DNA from: Pristiophorus japonicus
Lineage: Eukaryota
Direction of reading: 5' to 3'
Assembly (NCBI RefSeq): GCF_044704955.1
Contig: NC_091980.1
Location: 99,324,001 to 99,388,000, forward strand
Length of the DNA: 64,000 nt
This document shows positions 1 through 10,431 of this stretch, in pieces (within the stretch, counting starts at the first letter, position 1; every line of letters starts with the position of its first letter). The notes beneath the pieces were generated by a model. The model ran no database searches and had not been told where the DNA came from. It saw nothing but the letters and a program-made list of their open reading frames with translations. A program made the translations under genes and the position numbers.

Positions 1-364
1 GTTGTCACTGTTGTAATGTGGGAAACGTGGCAGCCAACTTGCGCATAAGCAAGCTTCCACAAACACCAGATAATCTGTTTTTTTGTTATGTTGTGAGAGG
101 AATAAATATTGGCCAGGACACCAGGGATAACTCTGCTCTTCTTCAAAATAGTGCCATTGGATCTTTTACGTCCACTTAAGAGAGCAGACGGGGTCTTATC
201 TAAATTGAAGTCTCATCCAAAAGACGGCACCTCTGACAGTGCAGTCCTCCCTCAGCACTGCACTGGAGTGTCAGCCTAGATTTTTTGTGCTCAAGTCCCT
301 GGAGTGGGACTTGAACCCACAACCTTCTGACTCAGAGGCTGTCCACGGAGCCACAGCTGGCACT
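1..364 (-). mobile_element. tRNA-derived DeuSINE (SacSINE1-like), runs off left edge
   Basis: The minus strand has a B-box-like GGTTCAAGTCC head near 305-316. Deu-domain-like core gatcttttacgtccac...tctcatccaaaagacggcacctctgacagtgcag. Confidence 0.75.
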
Positions 365-943
365 GTATCCTAGACAACAATAGTTCAAGGTGTGATGTAT
401 TTTTGTATGTTACAGTTGTACGGCCATTTAAGCAAGACCTTTGTGGATCTGTTAAAATTCCTTTCTTCTGGAAATTACCCCAAATTTCTTGATTTCTGTA
501 GGTTGTTCACAAATTCCAGAATTGGTATCTGACTGAGCATTTTTTGTCAATTATTGCTATTAATAGGGAATTCTGAATAGTTAGAAAATACTTTTAATTT
601 ATACTGCTTTCTTTCCCTGCCCTACAACAAAGGACTGTCAAAAAAGGTTTTTAAAAATAACTTCTCCTTTGATAGACTCCACTGGTACAAGCCAGAACCC
701 AGACTTTTACTTGGAGGAATGCCAAATCCCATTCAGTACTATGGTAGTGAGTCAGAAACAGACCTGTTGGATCAATCTTCTGGAATGGATATTTTCTAGC
801 TTGCTACCCAACATGATGCATCTCCAGAAAACTGTTTTCTACTAAGAAAACAGAATTTGTCCTCTTAAGGAGACTTTCTCCATGACATTTCTCGAATGTC
901 TTTCTGGGGTAAACCTTATATTAAAAGTAATACTTGAAATATT

Positions 944-1144
944 GGGATAGGTTTCCATTTTCACTGATTGTGCAGTAAATTGGTGGAGAGGATTGACTGC
1001 CTGTTATAGAACCTACCCACATTTTATTCCATGGATCTCAATCGATTGCAAATTGGGTGTATTTTATAATGGGTAGGATGTATAATTGGCAGGCAATCCA
1101 CTCCACCGGTTTACCACCAATAGGTGAAGATAGAAATCTTCCCC
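944..1144. mobile_element. ~200-bp palindromic MITE, Harbinger-type ends
   Basis: GGG..CCC ends and an internal inverted repeat (ggtggagaggattgactgcc...cctaccc / gggtagg...ggcaggcaatccactccacc). ATT flanks both sides (941-943, 1145-1147). Confidence 0.65.
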
Positions 1145-1263
1145 ATTATCTCCCATTAAGTAGATGTGCTCTTCGAAAAACAGTTTTCTTATGATATTCA
1201 TTGCAATCTGTTGATTTCATTTTCCCATAAATATTATTGCAAGGCTACTGATTTCATTTCTTA

Positions 1264-1512
1264 CATAGAAACATAGACATAGAAAATAGGTGCAGGAGTG
1301 GGCCATTCGGCCCTTCGAGCCTGCACCGCCATTCAATGAGTTCATGGCTGAACATGCAACTTCAGTACCCCATTCCTACTTTCTCGCCATACCCCTTGAT
1401 CCCCCTAGTAGTAAGGACTACATCTAACTCCTTTTTGAATATATTTAGTGAATTGGCTTCAACAACTTTCTGTGGTAGAGAATTCCACAGGATCACCACT
1501 CTCTGGGTGAAG
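1264..1512 (-). mobile_element. CR1 LINE 3' fragment
   Basis: (catagaaa)n tail. Near-identical to the 3' ends at 17553 and 50958. Confidence 0.9.
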
Positions 1513-1554
1513 TCCCTTCCTTAATGCTCACATGACAAGAAGATAAGAGACAAA

Positions 1555-2251
1555 GGGGGAGAAATTCGGCTGCTTTACTCCTCCCATTAGCACCTGCGAG
1601 GGATGGTAACGGGACACTAAGGGGTTACCGACCGGGCGCAACTAATTCACCGATGTCTGCGAATTTCCTTGACGGTTTTGCGCTGGCAATAATACTTACT
1701 GCCTTGTGCTCTTGTGCCCTGGTCCGCCCCGGGTGTGTTATTCACTCTTGCCCACTGCTGCATCACCAGGTGTCAACAATGGCAGCTACAGGAGGCGAAA
1801 GGGCAGTTGTGGTCAGTTAGGGCAAACTTTATTCTTTGCACCAGTCTGGGGTCTGCTACTTGTTTTTGATGGGGCCTTGTTATGCGATTCCTCAGCCCTC
1901 CACTCTCTTAGCGTGCTTGGGGTTGTAATGGAAGTCGCGCAGGTCCCGTGGCCCCACAGAAATAAGAGCAAAAATCTTGCAACCCAGCACTGGCCCTTCC
2001 CTTTAAGCGAGGGAAGGAGGCAGTGATGCCGGCAACTCTGCACTGAACATTCTTCAGTGCTCTGCCGCCACTGCCCCTCTCACACACTTTCACGCTCTAA
2101 GAGAAGTGATAGCGCTTGATTTAGTGCTCCACTTCCCTCTTAGAGTGCTAAGGCGGAAGTTCCCTGGATGCAAAAAGGATTATTGCCTGGTGATACTTTT
2201 TTCATTTCTCATATGTTATTGCTCCAAAGGGGCACAATGAATTTCTAGCCC
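1555..2251. mobile_element. Non-autonomous Harbinger-type MITE
   Basis: TIRs gggggagaaattc / gaatttctagccc, with AAA on both flanks. Confidence 0.65.
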
Positions 2252-2439
2252 AAAGGCCCCAGAAATCATGCTATTTTTTGCAAAATTGTGTATAAAGCAG
2301 GCACATAATTTTCCTGGCAGAATTTGAGGAAGGACTAATTTCTGCCAAATTTCAACCACATTTTGCATCTAAAGAAATTTCCTCCAGCTGCACTTTCAGT
2401 AATCTATACATGCAAATGAAATATAAATGAAAAAATGGG

Positions 2440-2704
2440 GTAACATATCGTAAACAGTGAGGAGGATCTTAACAGACTAAAGGAGGATATAGACAGACTG
2501 AGAAAATGGGCAGTCACATGGCAGAGAAGAGTAAAGTGATAAATTTTAGTAAGAAGTATGAGGAGAGGTAATATAAACTAAATGATACAATTTTAATGGG
2601 GTGTTGGAATAGAGAGACCTGGGATGTAAGTACATAAACCTTTGAAAGTTGAGAAAGCTATTAAAAAGGCATACAGGGTCCTTGGCTTTATAAATAGTGG
2701 CATA
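2440..2704 (+). mobile_element. Old CR1 fragment, part upstream of the Harbinger-1 insertion
   Basis: Degenerate CR1 RT C-terminal sequence that resumes at 10432 (...aaatagtggcata | attgagtgcaaaagcaagg). Confidence 0.75.
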
Positions 2705-4465
2705 GGGCTCAAATTTCCCTAGGAGTTGCCCCACTTTTTTTGGAGCAAGTAGCTTTTTTTGGAGTAACTTAAAAATCACAAATTTCCCCATTTAACTTGC
2801 TCCAGTGTAAGTCAGTTAGTTAGGTTTCTTTTTGGTTTTGTTTTTTTTCTCCAAAAAGGGGCGTGCCAGCCACTTATGCCTGTTTTGGCCATAAAAGCAA
2901 ATTTGGCCAGCTACAAGTTACTCCAAATTAACTTAGGCCAGTGTATGCAGCCACTTTTGTGGGCACAGAAAAACCTTATCTACATTTAAGAAATCAGCGT
3001 AGGTAGCCAGAGACGGGGGAGCGGGGGGTGGGGCAGGTGAGTTAGAGGATTTTAACGCACTAAACACCTTCACAGCATCAGCACAACATCAAAACAACTT
3101 CAGCACAACATCTTCACGACGGCATCAAAAATAAATGAAAGATAAATCAGCTACTGAAAATAGAGCAGTCCTGCCTTGCCGACTGCAGAACGCACTGGCT
3201 AGCCCTCCTACCAGGGCTAGGGGCAGCAGGCACACATGACTGTAGGGGTGAGGGATGTTTTTTTTTTACAGTTGTTCCTAAATGCTGTGTGGTGATAATG
3301 GAACATGATTTAGTTTTAATGCAAAATATCTTTTATTGGAAAGTTTACAATGCACTTCCACAACAACAAGAACAACAACAAGAACAACAGCAAAGAATGG
3401 CGGCTCCCATCTCTCACCCACATATCGGGAAATGTGCACTTCCTCATAGGGGCCGTGATGGTGGTGGGGCGGGGGGGGTTGGGGGCCCGGCTTGGGTCTT
3501 AACAGAGGCTGGTGTGGAGATTGCAGTGGGAGTGGCATTTGATTGTCAGGCCTGTGTGCCCTTATTGCAACAGCTAGCTCCCTCATGGCCTCTGCCATCA
3601 TTTGCACTCCCTCTGACATGCCCGCCCTCAGTTCCCGTCTCAGTGCTGATTATTCTCCTGTCAGTGTCGCAACCTCATCACGCACCCCACTGATGGTGGT
3701 CATGAGTGATCTTGTAAGGGCATTGGTCTCCTCACTCAATGACATAACCTGATATACATCTGATGAAGGCTGCATCTCAGGAGAGACTGGTCGACTTTTC
3801 CTTCCCCTCGCCGTGGGTCTACCTAGTGGCACCCCTCCATTGCGAGGCGCATGCTGAGAAGGTGGGGCCCTGTGTGTTCCAATCTGCATTCCACCACCAC
3901 CACTGGGACCCACAACCTCGGAAGGTGTGAAACCAAGGAATATCGTGGCAGAGCTCATGGAGGTGGCTGGCAAAGTGATGACCTGTACCATGGACTGATC
4001 CATATCACGATCATCACTTTCCCATGAACACAGATCCATGGACCGCTCCTCACCCCACCCGCCTTGATCTGGAGCGGATGCATCTGGATCTTCTTGTTGA
4101 TCTTCAGGATGTTCAGAATTATCTTCTTGTTCTGCAAAATACAACAGATCAGTCAAATAGTTGGTAGGAAAGGAGGGGGCAGGATGGGTGGAATGAGTAG
4201 TCTCACACGTAGCAGGCCAGTCAGCAGCTTGATTTGAAGGGCGACGATGCATTTTCTGATTGACTCTCACTCTCACGTGTGGATCCAGCTTGCGCAGATC
4301 TGATTCTTTTTCTGCAGGTGTGACTCAGCAAGGCAGCGACCCTCTGTTCCAGTGGTGATAGTTGGTGCAGATTTGGCAGCCCTCCTCCTGTTCTAGTTCT
4401 CTCCCTTTTGTTGTCGGCCAATTTCTTCTGCAAAGATGAAAATATAATTTTTGCCACATGGTAAG

Positions 4466-5080
4466 TGTTAGCGTGAATGTTTTCTCGGAAGAATCACTCA
4501 ACACTCAGAGTCGGTTCCAACGCCAATGTGGCCTTTATTTTCGCTAGTGGGGAGGAAGACTCAGGACTGGATTCAGGCACTTCTCTCCGACGAACAAAGA
4601 AACTCATCGATATTTATATGTTTTACAATAGTTCTTTACAGTTACTCAGCCCACTTCGGCTGGACACAATCCAATTATACTGATTATAAATTACATATAG
4701 GTTTCTTTAACCCAATAGAATTCTCCTGATATCTCAGGGGCTGTATGTTCGTTTTTTGTCAGCTCGGGCTGATTAATGACCTCGTTATGTGAGGTGGGCC
4801 CCCCCCCCCTTATCTCTGTTCCTCGGGCTCTGCTGTGTGAAGTCCTTAGTTTATAGTTATCTTGTCTGAAGTGAGTGAGCTAAGGCATTCCCGGTAGTGG
4901 GCCTTACAGGGCCATTGCTCGGTCAGCCCCAGTTCATTACTTGACTAACTGAGTTCCCATCATGCTTGGGCAGCCATTTTATATGTGGCCACTTTAAACT
5001 TATATGAGTTTAGATATATTCAGCAGGTGCCTAATGCCTAGTGCTTTGATATATTCAGCAGGTGCCTAATGCCTACAACA
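4466..5080 (-). repeat. 3' LTR
   Basis: TGTTG...TAACA on the minus strand, TATAAATA near 4612-4619 and AATAAA at 4534-4539. Direct repeat of 9002-9616. Confidence 0.95.
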
Positions 5081-5093
5081 ATTCCCTCCTTTC
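5081..5093 (-). promoter_or_regulatory. Polypurine tract
   Basis: Minus-strand GAAAGGAGGGAAT lies immediately before the TG of the 3' LTR. Confidence 0.85.
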
Positions 5094-5217
5094 GGTAAAG
5101 GGACTAGTCCTAGTCCCCCTTTAAACGACCACCCTACTTTTATAGATTTTGTGCACGGCCCGGTACTCCCTGCCTCAACGTGCTGGCCAGTCACGCGGTT
5201 TCAGGAGTCCCAGTTGC

Positions 5218-7309
5218 TTAAATCAAATTGACAAAGGCCAAATCCTCCTGCCCCCTTATTAGACAGGCTTGTTTAGTATTTGGGGACCGGTCATGGGTCC
5301 CTCTTCATTGTGCGTGATGCCTGCATGCCTGGCAGGCCATTATGCCCCATGTTATTGCTAAGATCAATTGTATCCCGACCAGTATGTGTGAAATTATTCG
5401 AATCCAAGGATGGATGTTCACATTTATTCCCCAGTCCCAGACCTTTCTCCACCAACTCTGACTTTGTAAGTCTACATCGATATCTTCTTCCAGTACTTTG
5501 ATTTTAGTTTGCAGTTGGTGGTAGAGCTTTACGGATTGACCCACCCTGAACCTCAATTCTCGTAATACTTCGGTTAGATGTGGGATAGGGACCCGGTCTG
5601 GCTCGTCATAATCCTGCAAATGATCATGGAGCTGATCGGTTACATCAATAACTTCGGGCTTCCGGCGCCTAACCTGGGTGATATGCGCTTGCCCGATCGC
5701 GACAGGGCGTAGCGGCGCAAAGCAAAAGTTCGGCTGTGGTATAGGGCACTGCAGGTCATTATACCGGTATGAACGCTCTGTGGTAGAGACGCAGTATCTT
5801 CCCTTCCCTCCGTAGCCTGCCCTCACGAAGTGCCTGTGTGCGGGCACTATTTCTAGTACACACCCGTCGGTTCGGTTAAACCCGCACTCGTCCAGCTCAC
5901 CTCGGCCTACCGGGTGAGGGCATATTGTGATCTACCCCCTTTGCTTGCATTCTGTTAGGCAAATTCCGGTAAGTATGTTGTTTCGACGAACGGCGGAGGT
6001 GGTGGTCAGATAGTAACGTATGGAGACATTTTCCCGTATTACTCCGATATTCTCTAGTTGGTACAGGGGGAACGGCCCTGAGTCCGGCGTGGCTATAGGG
6101 ATCATCAGGACTATCCCTATCCCAGTATTCCAACCATCTGGCAATCTGGAATTGCTGGGTATACTCGGGTCAGTCCCTTCAGAATACAATTATCCAGTGT
6201 CCCCCTCTGGTTAGCCAACTGAGCCAAATGTGAACTGTCTATCCAATCGGGTACTTCCCCGCGTTGGATCTGGTCGAGATTGTGGTGGATCTGTCCCACC
6301 ATCCACAGATCATAAGCGTGACAGAGTTGCCCCTGTCTTTGCTTTCCTGCATCTTCTTTTTCTCTATCAATGAGGTGATTGATGGTTTTGGCGTGAGCTT
6401 CCAGGACTGAGGTGCCATCCAACTGGATTTCGGCACCCTCCTTTCCTAGGTTGGCTTGGTCTTCCTGGTTTTGCTCCACCCTCTCTAATAACCCTTGTAT
6501 ATGTATAGAGTTTACTACGGAGGTCCCTGTATTGAAACCGGTAGCAACATCATTTACTATTCCCCTCTTTATCCTGGGGGCTGACCCTGTCCTCGGAATC
6601 TACTGGCACCCATTGCATCGGCAGCCTGCTGCATTACAACTTTACTTAATGCATTGTACATTTTCCTTGACTGTTTTGTACAGTATTCCGGCATCTGGAT
6701 GCCTGAAATATTGATCAGGACAGGCACAATTTCATGTTTAACATTATCATACAATAATTCCCCTTCGTTGTACATTACAATCCCATTTTCTGGTCCCTTA
6801 GTAGTTATGGGACAAGGCAGTTCCTCGGGCAATGTAGTGGTTCTTATGGGGCGTGGTGTCGGAGAGGGTGAGAAGCATACATACAATGATATTGCAGCCG
6901 CCCCCACCTCCTCGTAGTACCCACACAGCCCCACTCCCTTTTTGCGGATGACTGATTGCTGGGACTGTCCCGGAGGCGCGCAAATTATGCCGAAAGTACA
7001 TTCATCAGGCCCTTTGACATCCCTCCGTTTAATGCAGCTGCTCCTTATACCCGTGGAGCACTGTACACATACCCGGTTCTTATTAGGATTCAATTGTAAC
7101 CATGCATTAAAATAAGTCCTGTCCTTGCTCCAGTCCTTGGCTGCTGGGATGCACATTCCATCCGTTAAATTAAACAAGACTCCATAGTTCATGTAGTTAT
7201 TTATTTCCTGAGTGTGCTGCAATCCGTTGGTATCATCCAGTGTTTGAGTGGGTCTTGAGGTTCCCAGTATCATGAGTCCCCAGAGTTGAAGTCACCACTG
7301 CGGTCCCAT
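5218..7309 (-). pseudogene. env: Envelope / class I fusion glycoprotein (F-like), ~700 codons, 2 frameshifts and 3 stops
   Basis: Splice acceptor tttcag at 7327, aagATGg at 7309 and a signal-like N-terminus. Furin site RIKR|GIVNDVATGFNTGTSVVNS near 6565, heptad region, Cys-rich CLTECKQRGxITIC segment, second heptad, Trp-rich membrane-proximal region and TM (IISHILVGIQLILAITWGIMAC). Joins track ORFs 6569-7273, 6117-6479, 5932-6189 and 5305-5847. Confidence 0.85.
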
Positions 7310-7436
7310 CTTGGTGAGTATTTTATCTGAAAATTTTAAACAGATAGCCTGGTCATCACCAGGTGTTAGGTTCTGGTCTACTTGTGTCACTGTCACTCTG
7401 TGGAATCGGAGGTAAGGATTAGGTTAACCATATTCT

Positions 7437-7589
7437 TTATAGTCGTACCATCTCTATCACTTCATGTCCCTGTCTGGGCTGCCGTCGGTTTTGCGTTTGA
7501 GCCTGCTGTGCTCGAGTCTGCACGATGACCCATCTAAATATTATCCAAACTCCAATCAACACCAATGCCACCATTATTCCTCCAAACAT
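7437..7589 (-). CDS. 50-aa small transmembrane ORF (MFGGIMVALVLIGVWIIFRWVIVQTRAQQAQTQNRRQPRQGHEVIEMVRL)
   Basis: Translated by hand from ATG 7589 to TAA 7437. ~23 mostly hydrophobic residues followed by a Gln/Arg tail, on the same strand as env and 128 nt upstream of it. Confidence 0.5.
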   Translation of the reverse strand: MFGGIMVALVLIGVWIIFRWVIVQTRAQQAQTQNRRQPRQGHEVIEMVRL

Positions 7590-8193
7590 CGCTGTCTGCT
7601 TTACCGTTAGGTTGGGTTTGTGGACTACACCTACCCACCGTGGGGTACATTGGCTCTACTGCCATAGGTGATGGTGCTTTGGCTGCGCACTGCACTATCC
7701 GTCTAGTCCCGTTTTTTAAAACATCTCTTCCAGCCTGTTTATCTTAGCTTTAAACTCTTGACCAGCTAGTTCCATTTTATTCTTTTTTTTTAACCACCGG
7801 GACCATGTATTTTTTATCTTTTACTCAACAAACCTATCCTTTGTACATTTCCTAGCTCCATAACTTATCATCCAAATAAATCCACACCTGCGCTTCTAAC
7901 TTAAAATGTCTTAAAACTTCCCACATACAGGACAACACTACAAAGGGTTAAAACAATTTCACTCTGTTTAGAAAAGTGGGTGGAGCTAAAATAAACAGAC
8001 AGTTGCATTCCTCTTCCAACCAGGCTTTTGGAACCATGAAAACATAAAAAAATTCATTCCACAGTCAAAAAATCACACAAGGACTCTCAACGACAGACAT
8101 TCACAAAAGTCTCTCTTCATTCAACAAAGCTTATTAATTTTTTCTTTGGCCGGCTCTATTCTTGGATCCATACTTCACTTAAGATAATCACTA

Positions 8194-8451
8194 TCAGGTT
8201 TTTTTAAAATTTCTTACATATTGATTTACTTCCTCTGTTAGTTTTACGTGGGCTCGCAGTATCAAAACTACTGCCTTTTCCTCTTTGTCTTTCTTTTCCT
8301 TTTCCCACCATTCCCTTTGATTCGCTGGCAGGTCCTGAGGATCCCACCCTGCTCTAATAATTTTCTCGATTAGTTTCTTTTGTTTTTCCGCCAGGTGGCG
8401 GGTAAGGGACCCTTCTTGTCCCCACTCGAGGTTACTTGCTTTCGTGGCCAT
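8194..8451 (-). CDS. 85-aa ORF at the gag position, possible truncated Gag N-terminus
   Basis: First sizeable ORF after the PBS/leader, with a strong Kozak context (ggaATGG) and a charged, helical-looking sequence. Confidence 0.5.
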   Translation of the reverse strand: MATKASNLEWGQEGSLTRHLAEKQKKLIEKIIRAGWDPQDLPANQREWWEKEKKDKEEKAVVLILRAHVKLTEEVNQYVRNFKKT

Positions 8452-8981
8452 TCCTGGGTAGGACTAGAACCGTTAGGAATCTACTCTCAGAGGTCCGCTT
8501 TCTACCTAGCGTAACTTGTAGTAGACCGTCTCCTGGCTACTGTCAGGTCACAAGTTCTGCTGTTACACAAACTTATACAATTCTTAAAACGCGTTTAAGC
8601 AATTCCCGCAGTGCTCTACGTATCCTTAATGACTACCTACCACCGCTCTGCCCGTTGGTCCGACCCTGTTCACAGGTTTGGATTCCGTTAGCCGCTGTAC
8701 ACCGCTTGGTTTTACCCCGGAGTATATTTCAAATCACACTACTGGGTCCGGAAGATGTCTTTCGGTATCACGATCCCACGGTCCAAGTGTGTTCCCAGCA
8801 CCTACTTAGTTCCTGGCCGTCACGTGGGATTAAATTCCTCTTAATTCAGGCTCAGGCTAGGTTTTTGAGATATTGGACCGTCTCCTCGTGTCGATCAACC
8901 AGCATCCACCTTCCGCACCCGTTAAAAAAATTAGTTTAAGATATACTCATCCGGTTTCTCCAAGAGCGTCAGCGACCCCGA

Positions 8982-9000
8982 AATCCTGTTCGTGACGCCA
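8982..9000 (-). promoter_or_regulatory. Primer binding site, tRNA-Ser(CGA)
   Basis: Minus-strand TGGCGTCACGAACAGGATT, 1 nt inside the 5' LTR. It is complementary to the vertebrate tRNA-Ser(CGA) 3' end ...AATCCTGTTCGTGACG-CCA (recalled, not searched). Confidence 0.8.
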
Positions 9001-9001
9001 C

Positions 9002-9616
9002 TGTTAGCGTGAATGTTTTATCGGAAGAATCACTCAACACTCAGAGTCGGTTCCAATGCCAATGCGACCTTTATTTTCGCTAGCGGGGAGGAAGCCTCAG
9101 GACTGGATTCAGGCACTTCTCTCCGACGAACAAAGAAACTCATCGATATTTATATGTTTTACAATAGTTCTTTACAGTTACTCAGCCCACTTCGGCTGGA
9201 CACAATCCAATCACACCGATTATAAATTACATATAGGTTTCTTTAACCCAATAGAATTCTCCTGATATCTCAGGGGCTGTATGTTCGTTTTTTGTCAGCT
9301 CGGGCTGATTAATGACCTCGTTATGTGAGGTGGCCCCCCCCCCCCTTATCTCTGTTCCTCGGGCTCTGCTGTGTGAAGTCCTTAGTTTATAGTTATCTTG
9401 TCTGAAGTGAGTGAGTTAAGGCATTCCCGGTAGTGGGCCTCACAGGGTCATTGCTCAGTCAGCCCCAGTTCATTACTTGACTAACTGAGTTCCCATCATG
9501 CTTGGGCAGCCATTTTATATGTGGCCACTTTAAACTTATATGAGTTTAGATATATTCAGCAGGTGCCTAATGCCTAGTGTTTTGATATATTCAGCCGGTG
9601 CCTAATGCCTACAACA
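9002..9616 (-). repeat. 5' LTR
   Basis: About 17 substitutions versus 4466-5080 by eye (~97% identity). Contains a tandem gatatattcagcaggtgcctaatgccta duplication at the U3 end. Confidence 0.95.
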
Positions 9617-10431
9617 GTGAGCTTCTGATAGATGGGACATATACAGATGATCATATTTACAATTGCAATTCTATTTAAAACTCAAGATAATACTTACACT
9701 CACTACTTGACCAATGTCCTGCCATTTCTTTTTACACTGGCTTCCAGTTTTTGCAGTATTCACCCCTGCAGAGAATTATTCTGCAGCTAGGTTCCAGCGT
9801 TTCCTCATTTCTTTGGGTGGAACTTTTGTGGGACCACTCTTACTGATATCCAGCTCCTGCCATCTGTCCTCAATGACAGTGACTAGTTTCTCCACTTTCT
9901 CATGCAAGAAGTTCTTTGTTCTTGTTGCATGCTCTTGCGTCATTGGTGTATCGGGCTCACACTCAGGTAATGTTGAAAAAACACAGTTCTCACCTTGCAT
10001 GCACCTATGCAGCACTCCTTTCCACTCCCTCAGCCACGCAAAAATCAATATTAATATCTTACCTTCCAATATGGCCCACTGCCAATGCTGCTGATGCACT
10101 GAGGATGCTCTCCCGTTAAATAGCCGATTGCCAAGGTTCCAGGCCCGCGCGCATGCGCGCACGCTTCAACGCGAATTGCACATGTGCGCACGCACAAACG
10201 AACATGCGTCCCCCCGCCATCACTCGAAGACACGCTGGGCCCAAGCCCCACCCCCCTGCCGGTTGCGCTGAGCAAGTGTGACCCAAGCTCTGCCCCCCCC
10301 CAGATTTCGCAGCGCCACGCCACAGGATCACAGGGATCGAGGAGCGGCCAAATGATCCTGGTAAGTTTTCGGTGTGTTTTCTCCACCACGTCTAACTACG
10401 CTGCTCTAAGTGGCTGGGGAAATTTGGGCCC

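Larger units (their letters stand above)
4466..9616 (-). mobile_element. Pol-less LTR retroelement / endogenous virus encoding an F-type envelope
   Basis: Two 615-bp LTRs, TSD gtaag/gtgag (4461-4465, 9617-9621), PBS, PPT and an env-like frame. No RT, IN or PR motifs in the 3.9-kb interior. Confidence 0.92.
3380..9943 (-). pseudogene. Harbinger Myb/SANT-like DNA-binding protein, 3 exons (~9943-9698, ~4427-4270, ~4131-3380)
   Basis: NFLHEKVEKLVTVIEDRW...RKRW...QCKKKWQD trihelix pattern, then RERTRTGGG...LSPLEQRVAALL. GT/AG sites are present, with a premature stop at 9776. 3' end approximate. Confidence 0.8.
2705..10431 (-). mobile_element. Harbinger-1: non-autonomous PIF/Harbinger carrying only the Myb/SANT gene, interrupted by an LTR element
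   Basis: 15-bp TIRs gggctcaaatttccc / gggaaatttgggccc with flanks ATA/ATT. It splits a CR1. No transposase sequence is visible between the TIRs. Confidence 0.85.

Noticed and set aside
295-364. tRNA gene
   Set aside because: It is the tRNA-derived head of a SINE, with no complete cloverleaf.
3289-3693. Poly-Q ORF on the plus strand
   Set aside because: Arises from a (caa)n tract antisense to the Harbinger Myb 3' end.
5097-5123. Hairpin gggactag-tc-ctagtccc beside the PPT
   Set aside because: Too short to assign a function from a single copy.
8436-8939. 167-aa antisense ORF in the LTR element leader
   Set aside because: Non-ATG start, no motif, and it overlaps the leader, so it is probably a chance ORF.
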